64,000 bases of DNA from an uncultured bacterium (GTDB taxonomy: Bacteria > Verrucomicrobiota > Kiritimatiellia > RFP12 > UBA1067): NCBI GenBank assembly GCA_900547945.1, contig URIT01000004.1, positions 147 to 64,146 of the forward strand, read 5' to 3'. The notes beneath the pieces were generated by a model. That model saw nothing but the letters and a program-made list of their open reading frames with translations, searched no databases and was not told where the DNA came from. Each line of letters begins with the position of its first letter. Within the stretch, counting starts at the first letter, position 1. Both the position numbers and the translations under genes were made by a program. This document shows positions 9,087-19,200 of this stretch, piece by piece.

Positions 9087-10292
9087 ATGTCGAAAGTCCT
9101 CCTGATCGGCGCGGGCGGCGTCGCGTCCGTCGCGGCCGCCAAGATGTGCAGGAATGCGGACGTGTTCACGGATCTGCTGATCGCGTCGCGGACGCAGAAG
9201 CGGTGCGAGGACGTGAAGGCCGCCTGTGAAAGCCGCGGCACGGCGACGCGCGTCGCGACGGCGCAGATCGACGCGATGGACGTGCCGCGCCTGACGGCCC
9301 TCGTGCGGGACTACAAACCCGACCTCGTGATGAACATCGCGCTTCCCTACCAGGATCTCGCGATCATGGACGCCTGCCTCGCGGCGGGGGCCTCCTATCT
9401 CGACACGGCGAACTACGAGCCGCCGGACACGGCGCACTTCGAGTATGCGTGGCAGTGGGCGTACCGCGAACGCTTCGCGAAGGCGGGTTTGACGGCGATC
9501 CTCGGATGCGGATTCGACCCCGGCGTGACGCAGGTCTTCTCGGCGTATGCCCAGAAGCACCATTTCGACACCATCGAGACGCTCGACATCCTCGACTGCA
9601 ACGGCGGCGACCACGGCTATCCGTTCGCGACGAACTTCAATCCCGAGATCAACATCCGCGAAGTCACCGCGAAGGGCCGCTATTGGGAGGATGGACATTG
9701 GGTCGAGACCGAGCCGATGGCAATCAAGCGCGTGTACAACTTCGACCAGGTCGGCGAGAAGGACATGTACCTTCTCCACCACGAGGAGATCGAGTCCCTT
9801 GCCCTGCATCTGAAGGGCATCCGGCGCATCCGCTTCTTCATGACGTTCGGGCAGAGCTATCTGACGCACCTGAAGTGCCTGGAGAACGTCGGCCTCACGC
9901 GCATCGACCCCATCGACTTCAAGGGCCAGAAGATCGTCCCGATCGAGTTCCTGAAGGCGCTTCTGCCCGACCCCGCGTCCCTCGGCCCGCGCACGAAGGG
10001 CAAGACGAACATCGGCTGCATCTTCCACGGCCTCAAGGACGGCAAGACGGTCGACTACTACGTCTACAACGTCTGCGACCACCAGGAATGCTACCGCGAG
10101 GTCGGCTCCCAGGCCATCAGCTACACGACGGGCGTGCCGGCGATGATCGGCGCGAAGATGTTCCTCCAGGGGAACTGGCGGAAGCCGGGCGTCTACACGT
10201 GCGAGGAGTTCGACCCCGATCCGTTCATGGCCGAACTGCCGAAGCAGGGGCTGCCGTGGCAGGAGAACTTCAACCCGGTGAAGGTCGATTGA
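9087..10292 (+). CDS. Carboxy(nor)spermidine dehydrogenase (saccharopine dehydrogenase family)
   Basis: KVLLIGAGGVASV Rossmann start, 401 aa, immediately followed by nspC (the usual gene pairing). Confidence 0.8.
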   Translation: MSKVLLIGAGGVASVAAAKMCRNADVFTDLLIASRTQKRCEDVKAACESRGTATRVATAQIDAMDVPRLTALVRDYKPDLVMNIALPYQDLAIMDACLAAGASYLDTANYEPPDTAHFEYAWQWAYRERFAKAGLTAILGCGFDPGVTQVFSAYAQKHHFDTIETLDILDCNGGDHGYPFATNFNPEINIREVTAKGRYWEDGHWVETEPMAIKRVYNFDQVGEKDMYLLHHEEIESLALHLKGIRRIRFFMTFGQSYLTHLKCLENVGLTRIDPIDFKGQKIVPIEFLKALLPDPASLGPRTKGKTNIGCIFHGLKDGKTVDYYVYNVCDHQECYREVGSQAISYTTGVPAMIGAKMFLQGNWRKPGVYTCEEFDPDPFMAELPKQGLPWQENFNPVKVD

Positions 10293-11404
10293 GGACGCCC
10301 TTCTATCTCCTCGACGAGGCGGCGCTCGTGCGCAACTGCCGCCTCCTCGCCCGCGTGCGCAAGGCCGCGGGGGTCAGGATCCTGCTCGCCCAGAAGGCGT
10401 TCGCGGCGTGGAAGACCTATCCGCTGATCGCGGAGCATCTGGACGGCACGACGGCGAGCGGTCTCTTCGAGGCACGCCTCGCGGCGGAGACGATGCCGAA
10501 CCGCGAGAACCACGTCTACAACCCCGCGTTCACCGAATCGGACTTCCGGCAGGTCGTCAGGATGTGCGACCACATCGTCTTCAACTCGCCGGCGCAGGTC
10601 GCGCGGTTCGCCGCGCGCGCGCGGCGGGCGGGCGCGTCGCCGGGCCTCCGCGTCAACCCGCTTTACAGCGAGGTCGAACATGAAATCTACAACCCGTGCG
10701 CGCCGGACTCGCGTCTCGGCACGCCGCGTGCGCAGGTGACGGCTGAGACGGTCGCGGCCGTCGAAGGCCTCCACTTCCACGCGCTCTGCGAGCAGGGGGC
10801 GGACGTCTTCGCGCGCGTGCTTGAACGGTTCGAGGCGGCGTTCGGCGAATTCCTGCCGCGTCTTCGCTGGGTCAACTTCGGCGGCGGGCACCATATCACG
10901 CGGAAAGGCTACGACGTGCCGCTTCTCGTCCGGACGCTGCGGGCGTTCCGCCGCCGTTGGCCGGATCTCGTCGTCTACCTCGAACCCGGGGAGGCCGTCG
11001 CGCTCGATGCCGGGACGCTTGTCGCCTCCGTCCTGGAGGTGAACGACTGGGGGCGTCCGTTCGCCATCCTCGACACGAGCGCCGAATGCCACATGCCGGA
11101 CGTGATCGAGATGCCGTATCGCCCGCGCGTCGCCGGGTCCGGCCAGCCGGGCGAAAGGCCGTTCACCTACCGCCTGGGCGGGCCGACCTGCCTGGCGGGC
11201 GACATCATTGGCGACTACTCCTTCGACGCGCCGCTGCGTGCGGGCGACCGGCTGGTCTTCGAGGACATGGCAATCTACTCGATGGTGAAGAACAACACCT
11301 TCAACGGCATGCCGCTTCCCGCGATTGTGCTGAAGACCCGGTCGGGCCGCCTCCGCACCCTCCGCAGGTTCGGGTACGACGACTTCAAGTCGCGCCTTTC
11401 CTGA
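10289..11404 (+). CDS. nspC: Carboxy(nor)spermidine decarboxylase
   Basis: TTG start overlapping the upstream stop (ATTGA). TPFYLLDEAAL N-terminus, FGGGHHIT and EPGEAV motifs of alanine-racemase-fold PLP decarboxylases. Confidence 0.8.
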   Translation: MRTPFYLLDEAALVRNCRLLARVRKAAGVRILLAQKAFAAWKTYPLIAEHLDGTTASGLFEARLAAETMPNRENHVYNPAFTESDFRQVVRMCDHIVFNSPAQVARFAARARRAGASPGLRVNPLYSEVEHEIYNPCAPDSRLGTPRAQVTAETVAAVEGLHFHALCEQGADVFARVLERFEAAFGEFLPRLRWVNFGGGHHITRKGYDVPLLVRTLRAFRRRWPDLVVYLEPGEAVALDAGTLVASVLEVNDWGRPFAILDTSAECHMPDVIEMPYRPRVAGSGQPGERPFTYRLGGPTCLAGDIIGDYSFDAPLRAGDRLVFEDMAIYSMVKNNTFNGMPLPAIVLKTRSGRLRTLRRFGYDDFKSRLS

Positions 11405-11445
11405 ACGCGGCGGAAGCGGGGGCGGCTCCACGTCGGCAAAGCCGG

Positions 11446-12249
11446 CTACGCCTGCTTGACCCAGGCGTGGGCGGGGTCCATCGAGGAGATGAGGCCGCGT
11501 CCCTGGCTGCCCGCCATCGTCCAGAGGTAGTACATCTGGTAGCCGGGGGCGCCGACGAGGGGATGGTAGCCCTCCGCGATCGCGACGGTGTCGTGGTCCT
11601 GCACGCGGTAGGCTTCGTTGAGGGCGCCGTCCGGCGTGTAGATGCTCTGGAAGCCGAAGCCCTGGACGGGATCGAAGAGGTAGAAGTAGGTCTCCTCCAT
11701 GTCCAGTTCGGCGGGCGGGTTGTTCACGTCGTGGCGGTGGCTCGGGTAGCCGCTCCAGTTGCCGCTCGGAATCATGCCCTCGCCGATGTAGAAGTGCTCG
11801 CTGTCGAACGTCTCGTCGAGGATGATCTCGCTCGTGCGCGTCCAGTTGTCCTTGCCGAGCTCGATGTGGCGCGTGTCGGCGGGCTTGATGAGGGTGGGCT
11901 TCGCGGTGTCGCGCGTGGCGGGCGAGCCGTTGTAGGCGAATTCGACGTCCGTCGTCGCCTCCAGCGTGTAGGCCGTGCGGCGGGGCAGGTAGAGGCAGTG
12001 GGGCTTGCCCGTGAAGGGGCTCGTGCGGCCGTCGGCGACCTCGAACGCCCAGCCGTCGCCGTGCGCCTTGAAGTTGCCGCCGATGAGGACGAGCGCCACC
12101 TCCATGTCGCCCGTGTTGTCCGAGTAGGCCGTGCCCGCCGCGAGCTTGACGACGCCGAACTTCGTCAGTTTCATCTTGCGCTCGCCCACGTCGAAGATCT
12201 TGTTGTAGCCCTGCTGCGGCTTGCAGCGGATGAGAAACCTGTCACTCAT
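11446..12249 (-). CDS. iolB: 5-deoxy-glucuronate isomerase (cupin)
   Basis: 267 aa from ATG 12249. IGEGMIPSGNWSGYPSHRHD... and YHPLVGAPGYQMYYLW are IolB signatures. One of only two minus-strand loci in the window. Confidence 0.8.
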   Translation of the reverse strand: MSDRFLIRCKPQQGYNKIFDVGERKMKLTKFGVVKLAAGTAYSDNTGDMEVALVLIGGNFKAHGDGWAFEVADGRTSPFTGKPHCLYLPRRTAYTLEATTDVEFAYNGSPATRDTAKPTLIKPADTRHIELGKDNWTRTSEIILDETFDSEHFYIGEGMIPSGNWSGYPSHRHDVNNPPAELDMEETYFYLFDPVQGFGFQSIYTPDGALNEAYRVQDHDTVAIAEGYHPLVGAPGYQMYYLWTMAGSQGRGLISSMDPAHAWVKQA

Positions 12250-12363
12250 GTCTGTTGTTCCTTTCACCCGTATTTTACTCCATTCGTTCCGCGCCCGCAA
12301 CAACGATTCGGATTCACCATCTCCTTCTGCCGCACCACCCGACCACCCGATTTCCGGGGACTG

Positions 12364-12372
12364 TGTTATAAT
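12364..12372 (+). promoter_or_regulatory. Extended -10 element TGTTATAAT
   Basis: Perfect TATAAT with TGn, 72 nt upstream of ATG 12444. Confidence 0.55.
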
Positions 12373-12443
12373 AAGGGTCCTCAAGGACTTTCGTGCTGCG
12401 CGCGGGGCGTGCGGACGTCGATCTACTGGAGGAGAGTGAGAAA

Positions 12444-13904
12444 ATGAAGAAACTGGTTTTGATGCTGGCCCTTGCCGTCGCGGCCGTCGCCGGGGCGGAC
12501 ATCCGTGCGGTCACGCCCGTGCCGCAGAACGCGGACACGAACAGCTGGTGGATGAAGCGCCACGCGCAGAAGCTGGAGCGCGTGAAGGCGGGCGGTTCGC
12601 GCGTCGTCTTCATCGGCGACTCGATCACGCACTTCTGGGAGGGCAACGGGCGCGCGCAGTGGGAGAAGTGCTTCGCCGGCGCGCCCTACCACGCGCTCAA
12701 CCTCGGCTACAGCGCGGACCGCACGGAACACGTCCTGTGGCGGCTCGACCACGGCGAACTCGACGGTTACGAGGCGAAGGCGGTCGTCCTGATGATCGGC
12801 ACGAACAACACGGGGCACTGGCCCTTCGAGAAGGAGCCGCCCGCCGACACGATCATCGGCGTGCGCGCGGTGCTCGACAAGATCCGCGCGAAGCAGCCCG
12901 GCGCGAAGATCGTCCTCTGCCCCATCTTCCCGCGCGGCGCGACGGCGCAGGATCCCTGCCGCGTGCGCAACGACGTGGTGAACCACGAGATCCGGAAGTT
13001 CGCGGACGGCAAGGCGGTTCTCTGGTGCGACTTCACGGCCCGCTTCCTCGCGTCGGACGGCACCCTGCCCGCCGAGACGTTCCCCGACCGCCTCCATCCC
13101 GCCGCCTCCGGCTACGAGACGTGGGCCGCCGGCATCCTGCCGTTCATCGAATACGCCTGCGCGGGCGACGCGGCGCGTCCCTGTCCGCCCTCTCCCGCCC
13201 CCGCCCCTGAACCGCCGCAGACGGATCTTCCCGCCCCCGCCCGCTCGACCTCCCTCATCGGCTTCCAGTGCGAACGCTGGTGGGGGGATCCCGAGATGTG
13301 GTTCCACGCCCTCCGGCGCCACCGCCGCGCGATTGCCGAGGGGCCGGCCGAGTACGACCTCGTCTTCCTCGGCGACTCGATCACCGCCGGCTGGGAGGGC
13401 AACGGGCGGAACGTCCTCGCGGAGCTGCGCAAGACCTACCGCATCCTCCCCCTCGGCATCGGCGGCGACCGCGTGCAGCACAACATCTGGCGCGTGCGGA
13501 ACGGCGAACTCACCGGCTACCGCACGAAGCTCGTCATGCTCATGATCGGCACGAACAACAACTACGGCGACAAGCCGGAGGACACCGCGCGCGGCATCCG
13601 GACGCTCCTTGCGGACATCCGCGCGAAGCAGCCCCAGGCGAAGATCCTCCTCCTCCCCGTCTTCCCGCGCGGCGAGCGGCCCGACGACGCGAAGCGCCGC
13701 AACAACGCCGCCGTCAACGCGCTCATCAAGCCCTACGCCGACGGCGAGAACATCCTGTGGCTCGACTTCACGGACAGGCTCGTCCAGGGCGACGGCACGA
13801 TCTCGAAGGACCTCATGCCCGACTTCCTCCATCCGCGCGAAGCCGGCTACCGCATCTGGGCGGACGCCGCCCTCCCCGTCTTCCGCGCCGTCTGCGGAAA
13901 GTAG
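12444..13904 (+). CDS. Exported tandem SGNH/GDSL esterase (two catalytic domains)
   Basis: Signal peptide MKKLVLMLALAVAAVAGA. Two copies of the block-I motif (VVFIGDSITHFWEG; LVFLGDSITAGWEG) and two DxxH-type ends (DRLHPAASGY; DFLHPREAGY). Confidence 0.8.
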   Translation: MKKLVLMLALAVAAVAGADIRAVTPVPQNADTNSWWMKRHAQKLERVKAGGSRVVFIGDSITHFWEGNGRAQWEKCFAGAPYHALNLGYSADRTEHVLWRLDHGELDGYEAKAVVLMIGTNNTGHWPFEKEPPADTIIGVRAVLDKIRAKQPGAKIVLCPIFPRGATAQDPCRVRNDVVNHEIRKFADGKAVLWCDFTARFLASDGTLPAETFPDRLHPAASGYETWAAGILPFIEYACAGDAARPCPPSPAPAPEPPQTDLPAPARSTSLIGFQCERWWGDPEMWFHALRRHRRAIAEGPAEYDLVFLGDSITAGWEGNGRNVLAELRKTYRILPLGIGGDRVQHNIWRVRNGELTGYRTKLVMLMIGTNNNYGDKPEDTARGIRTLLADIRAKQPQAKILLLPVFPRGERPDDAKRRNNAAVNALIKPYADGENILWLDFTDRLVQGDGTISKDLMPDFLHPREAGYRIWADAALPVFRAVCGK

Positions 13905-13935
13905 TCTCCGTCCCCCCGTCCCAGAGTATGCCAGA

Positions 13936-16095
13936 ATGACCACCATGAAAAAGACGCTGTTCCCGCTTGTCGCGTTTGCGACGTTCCTTGTCGGCGCGAC
14001 GGCGACGCCGGCGGCAACCGCCGGCGTGCCGCGCATCCACAACCGCCCCGTCGAACTCGCGAACCCCGGCTTCGAGGACGGGACGGTCAACTGGAATCTG
14101 CCCGCCAACGCCGCCCTCGATCCGACCGTCGCGCATGGCGGACGCGCCTCCGCCGTCCTCGCCGTCGCGGACCCGATGAAGGACGGCGTCTACATCACCC
14201 GCCGCATCCCCATCGTCGGCGGCGGCCTCTACCGCGCCGACTGCTTCGTGAAGACGGAGAACGTGACGGACCGCAAGGGCCGCATGTCCTCCGTTGGCGC
14301 CGGCCTCATCGTCGAATGGTCCGACAAAAACGGCAAGTGGATGGCCGCCGGCGAATACGCCTGCGGTTCGTTCGGCACGAAGGACTGGCACCGGGCCACC
14401 TGCGCCCATCTCAAGGCCCCGGACGACGCAGGCTACGCGCAGATCTACCTCGCGCTGCGCGGCGCGGGGAAGGCCTGGTTCGACGACTTCACCTTCACCG
14501 CCATCGAGCGGACGATTGACATGCACGAACCGGCGGTCGACGCCGCGTTCGCCTGCAACACGCCGCGTTTCACGTGGGGCGACCTGCCCGGCGCGCGTAC
14601 CTACACCGTGGAGCTCGCGCGCGACCCGTCCTTCCCCGCCAACGCGACGCGCACCTACACCATTCCCGGCGTCACGTTCTTCCAGCTGAAGGAACCGCTC
14701 GACCCCGGCACCTGGTACTGGCGCGCCGGCGCCCCCGGCGCCCAGCGTGCCGCCGCGCGCGCCTTCCGGCAGACCGCGCCGAAGGACCGCGACTGCCTGC
14801 CGCCCGATATCCGCACTGTCGCCTGCCGCGTCACGGCGGCGAACGCGCCCTTCACCGTCGTCGTGCAGGACGACGGCGCCACGCCCCCCGTCGTCACCTG
14901 CGGCGCCGCGCGCGGCACCTGCGGCGCCCCCGGCTCGAACGGCGTCTACGCCGTCACCTTCGCGGCCCCCGCCAGCGGCTGGCCGCGTGGCCTCACGGAG
15001 GGGACGCTCATCGCGACGGACGCCGCCGGCAACCGCACGGCACGCCCGTTCTGGCTCCTGAATGCGCCCCAGCCGACGAACGCCGTCGTCGTCGACGCGC
15101 ACGGCGACTACGTGCAGGCCGGGCGCCGCATCTTCCCGCTCGGCATCTACGAGGTCACGCCGCGCGACATGCCCGAGGTGCGCGCGAGCGGCTTCGACGT
15201 CGTCCACACCTACCGCTGGGAGGGCAGCACGAACGACGTCGCCTGCCGCGCCTACCTGGACGCCTGCTGGGCCGCAGACGGCCTCCGCGCCTTCATCGGC
15301 TTCGACCGTGGCACGCACACGGGCACGGGTATCGTCCAGGGCGACTTCTCGCACATCGCGCGCCGCGTTGGCATGCTGGCGGACCACCCCGCCCTCTTCT
15401 GCTGGTACCTCTTCGACGAGCCCGAGATCCTCTCCCAGTACGTTTCGCCCGAACGCCTCACCGCGTGTGCGGACCTCGTGCGGGCGCTCGACCCCTACCA
15501 TCCCGTGGTGATGACGACGTGGAACAAGACGATGATCAACTACCGCCGCACGTGGGACACGCACTGGACCCAGGCCTATGGCGACCCGGCGGGCGTCGTC
15601 CGACAGATCGACGAGCATCGTCGCTTCCTCAAGAACGCCTCGCCGATCACCCTGCTCGTCAACTGCAACGACGGCGTCCAGGGCGCGGCGCGGCGGCGCG
15701 GCGTGACGCCCGACCCCGCGAAGTTCGCGCGCGACTACGACTTCCTCCGCGCCTGCGCCTTCCTCGGCATCGTGAAGGAATGCAACGGCGTGTGGTGGTG
15801 GTGGTTCGCCCGCGACAGCAAGGACTTCTACTCCGCCGCGCAGTGCCCGGCCGCCTGGGCCAACCTCGTGAAGGTCGTGAAGGAACTCGGCGCCCTCCGT
15901 CCCCTCGTCACCGCGCCGGGGGCCGTCACGACCGGCACCGCCGTGGACGGCGCGTCGAAAGTCGAGTGGTGGCGCAAGACCGTGGACGGCAAGGACATCC
16001 TCATCGCCGTCAACACCGGCGACACGCCCGCCACCGTGGCGATCGGCGCACAGCGCCTCGCCTTCCGCCGCCACGAGGTGAAGGTCATCCGCTGA
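13936..16095 (+). CDS. Exported CBM4/9-like + clan GH-A-like TIM-barrel glycoside hydrolase (family unknown)
   Basis: Signal peptide. NPGFEDG...WN...GGRASAVL...AWFDDFTF carbohydrate-binding-type module. Later FPLGIYEV...GFDVVHTY...YLFDEPE (NEP-like acid/base motif). Confidence 0.55.
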   Translation: MTTMKKTLFPLVAFATFLVGATATPAATAGVPRIHNRPVELANPGFEDGTVNWNLPANAALDPTVAHGGRASAVLAVADPMKDGVYITRRIPIVGGGLYRADCFVKTENVTDRKGRMSSVGAGLIVEWSDKNGKWMAAGEYACGSFGTKDWHRATCAHLKAPDDAGYAQIYLALRGAGKAWFDDFTFTAIERTIDMHEPAVDAAFACNTPRFTWGDLPGARTYTVELARDPSFPANATRTYTIPGVTFFQLKEPLDPGTWYWRAGAPGAQRAAARAFRQTAPKDRDCLPPDIRTVACRVTAANAPFTVVVQDDGATPPVVTCGAARGTCGAPGSNGVYAVTFAAPASGWPRGLTEGTLIATDAAGNRTARPFWLLNAPQPTNAVVVDAHGDYVQAGRRIFPLGIYEVTPRDMPEVRASGFDVVHTYRWEGSTNDVACRAYLDACWAADGLRAFIGFDRGTHTGTGIVQGDFSHIARRVGMLADHPALFCWYLFDEPEILSQYVSPERLTACADLVRALDPYHPVVMTTWNKTMINYRRTWDTHWTQAYGDPAGVVRQIDEHRRFLKNASPITLLVNCNDGVQGAARRRGVTPDPAKFARDYDFLRACAFLGIVKECNGVWWWWFARDSKDFYSAAQCPAAWANLVKVVKELGALRPLVTAPGAVTTGTAVDGASKVEWWRKTVDGKDILIAVNTGDTPATVAIGAQRLAFRRHEVKVIR

Positions 16096-16114
16096 CGGAC
16101 CGATTGGCCGCCTC

Positions 16115-16140
16115 GGGAGGGTCGCGCTCCTGCGCGACCC
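16115..16140. repeat. REP-like element GGGAGGG + 9-bp-stem hairpin (GGGTCGCGC TCCT GCGCGACCC); probable terminator of the upstream gene
   Basis: Lies 20 nt after stop 16095. Same architecture as the elements at 27022, 27059, 27108, 27153, 42275 and 49917. Confidence 0.6.
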
Positions 16141-16162
16141 TTCAAAAAAATTCACAACCGGC

Positions 16163-16191
16163 TTGACGATTCGGGCGGGGGGTGTGATAAT
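16163..16191 (+). promoter_or_regulatory. Sigma70-type promoter TTGACG-N17-(TGt)GATAAT
   Basis: Near-consensus -35 with 17-nt spacer, extended -10, 42 nt upstream of ATG 16233. Confidence 0.7.
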
Positions 16192-16232
16192 AAGCGCCTG
16201 GTGCGGTGTCGACTTTACGGAAGAGAGGGCGT

Positions 16233-19200
16233 ATGAAGAACGTAAAAATGACTGTGGCGGCGGTGTGGGCGTGGGCCCTGGTGTCTGGGGCCCTTGCCGG
16301 CCGGGTGGCGACGTTTACAGGAGCGGTGTCGACGGATCTTTCCGTCGGCGGGAACTGGGACGGCGGGACGGTGCCGGGCGACGATGCGGTGGCGGTCGTC
16401 GACTTCGCGAAGCTGCGCGATGCGACGGCGGTCACGAACTCGGCGGACCTTGCCCTTGCGGGGCTCGTCCTCACGAACCTGCCGCCCAACGCGACGCTCT
16501 GGGGCACGAACGCGCAGACGGCGGCGAGGACGACGCTCACGCTCGGCGCGTCGGGTCTGCGCACGCACCGTCTGCCGGGTGCCGCTTCGAACCTTACCGT
16601 GAACGTGCATCTTGCGACCGCTGCCAACCAGGCATGGTTGTTCGCCGATGAGAAGTCCGTGACGTTCAACGGCACGATCTCCGGCACGGCCTACCTCGCG
16701 ATGACGAACGACTGCTATCTCACCCACAACGTGCCGCCGAACTACGGGGGCACGATCCGCTACGGCTCGCGCAACCGGAACACCTTCAACTGCGTGCAGC
16801 TCAGGCAGAAGGGGCCCTGGGCGCAGGACGTCGAGATGGGACACGGGCGTCTGGAGTTGTGCTTCGGCGGCCCGGCGGATTGGGCCGAGATCTTTCCAAA
16901 GCGGCTCGTCCGCCTGGAGGAGGACGCCATGCTGCTCGCGACGTTCCCCGGTCCGGCGCACGTCGCCTTCAACGACGGCGACACGTTTTCGGGCGCGAGC
17001 GCGAGACAGGGGTGGCTTGTCCTCGACACGGGTTCGTTCACGCAGAACGGCGGCGCCGTCACGTCGCAGGTGCAGGTCGGCTTCAGTTCGAATCCTTCGC
17101 TCTATGCGATGAAGAGGGGATTCATCAGGACAGGACAGCTCGCGCTTGGCCACGGTGCGAGTACGCACTGGGCGACGAACCAGGAGTTTCGCCTGACGGG
17201 TGGGACCGTCGAGGCGGACGAGGTCAGCATCGCCTACCGGGCAAACGGCGCGCCCGCGAGCCATGTGGATCTCGCGGTCGAGGGCGGTACCCTTACGGCG
17301 TCTGGAAACGGAATCGTCCTCGTGAGGAACCGGCGGGATGCGAACTGGGCGGTTGACATCCCGTCCGCATCGGCATCCTTCCGGCAGACGGGTGGGACGG
17401 TCAGGACGTCGCAGATCGCCTTCGGCCCCCTGGCGGGCGACAGCGCGGCCTCCTCGACATTCCTCACAAACGCCTGGGCGAGCGTGGCGCTGGACGGCGG
17501 TCTTCTCGACATTGGCGCGCGTGGCTTCAACCTCAACGCGGCGCGGTGGAACGTGGCGGCGGACGGTTCCGCCGCCGGCAACGCGCGCTACCGCGTCTCC
17601 CTCAAGTCGGGCACGCTTGCCGCTTCCGCTCCCTTCACGAGCGAACTCGACTTCGTGATCCCCTCGAATACGGTTCCGCTCACGGTCGATACGCGCGAAC
17701 ACGACGTCACGTTCGCCGCGCCGCTCTGGGGATCGGGCGCGATCGAGAAGTCCGGCTCCGGCACGCTCACCGTCCTGGACGGCACGCGCCACCGGGGGCG
17801 GATCGACGTGAAGGCGGGTGCGCTCAAGCTCATGGGCGCGGCTTCGGCGGACGACACGGTGGACGGCGAGACCTGTTGGCTCTGGCGCGCCGACGACGCC
17901 GTGCGGGACTTGGACGACGGCGCCGAGATCGAAACGTGGCCGGATACGACGGGCGCGCGGTCCGCCGTCTACGACGGGATCTCGAAGAACGGCGAGGCCG
18001 TCACGAAGCCGACGGTGGAGCGGAACGCCTTCAACGGCCACGCGGGCGTGGCGTTCAACCAGTCCGCCCTCAAGGTGGCGGCGGACTTGAACCCGCTCGC
18101 GGGGGCGACGAACTGGACGGTCTGCGTCGTTCTGAAGACGTCGGAGAAGGGCCTCGGCAGCGGACCCCCCTGGTATCTGGCGCGCGGCGTCCTCGGCCGC
18201 GAGGAGGCCGGCGTCGTGAACGACTGGGGCCTCGTCTTCGACCAGAACGGACACTTCGGCGCGGGGCTCGGCGTCAAGGGCGGCAGGGATTCGTGCCTCT
18301 TCGCGCAGCGGGCCAACGCGGCGGACGGCGTGCCGCACGTCGTCTTCTATTCCCTCGACGCGGACGGCACGCGCACGCTCGTCGTGGACGGCGAGGTGCG
18401 GCGCGACACGGTGGCCCTCGACGCGGGGACGAAGAGCCCGCGCAACAAGGCGGACATCTACTTCGGTGTGCAGAACATCGGCGACAACGGTCCGAAGCAC
18501 TTTGCGTTCATCGGCACGATCGCGGAGATCCGCTTCTATCCGGACAAGGCCCTCACGCCCGGCGAACGCGCGGGCCTCGGCGCAACGCTCGCCGCGAAGT
18601 ACGGCGCGTCCAGCGACGTGGGCGGGACGGGTGCGGACGACGCCCTGAAGGGCGAACTCGCGCAGACGGCGACCGAGGCGCCGATGCCCGACGACGGGGC
18701 GACCGCCTGGGACGCCGCCTCGCTCGCCACGCTCGACGACGGCGCGGCGGTGGAAAGCTGGTCTTCCCTCAACGGCGCGCGTGTCGCCGACCTCGCGACG
18801 GGACGGCTGCGGATGACGGGGACGGCGGATCTCGCGACGGCGGAGAACGGCGGCATCCAGGCGCCGCGCCTCGTGAAGGGCGCGCTGAACGGCCACCCCG
18901 TCGTCCGCTTCAACGGCAGCGCGGCGCTCGGCATCCCCGCCGCCGATTCGCCCGTCTCGGGCCGGACGGCCTGGACGGTCGCGATGGTGTTCCGCACGGG
19001 CGATACCGACCATCCCGGCACGGATCGGCAGTTCTTCCGGGGCCGCGCGCTTTTCGGCGCGGAATTGCCGGGCGTCGACCGCGCGGACTGGGGCGTGACG
19101 TTCTGGAACGAGCGGGGGCGCATCCTCGCCGGGTATGGCGGGCGGAACGCCGGAAAGAGAGACCACAACTTCGCGAACCGTGCGCGGGACCTCAATGACG

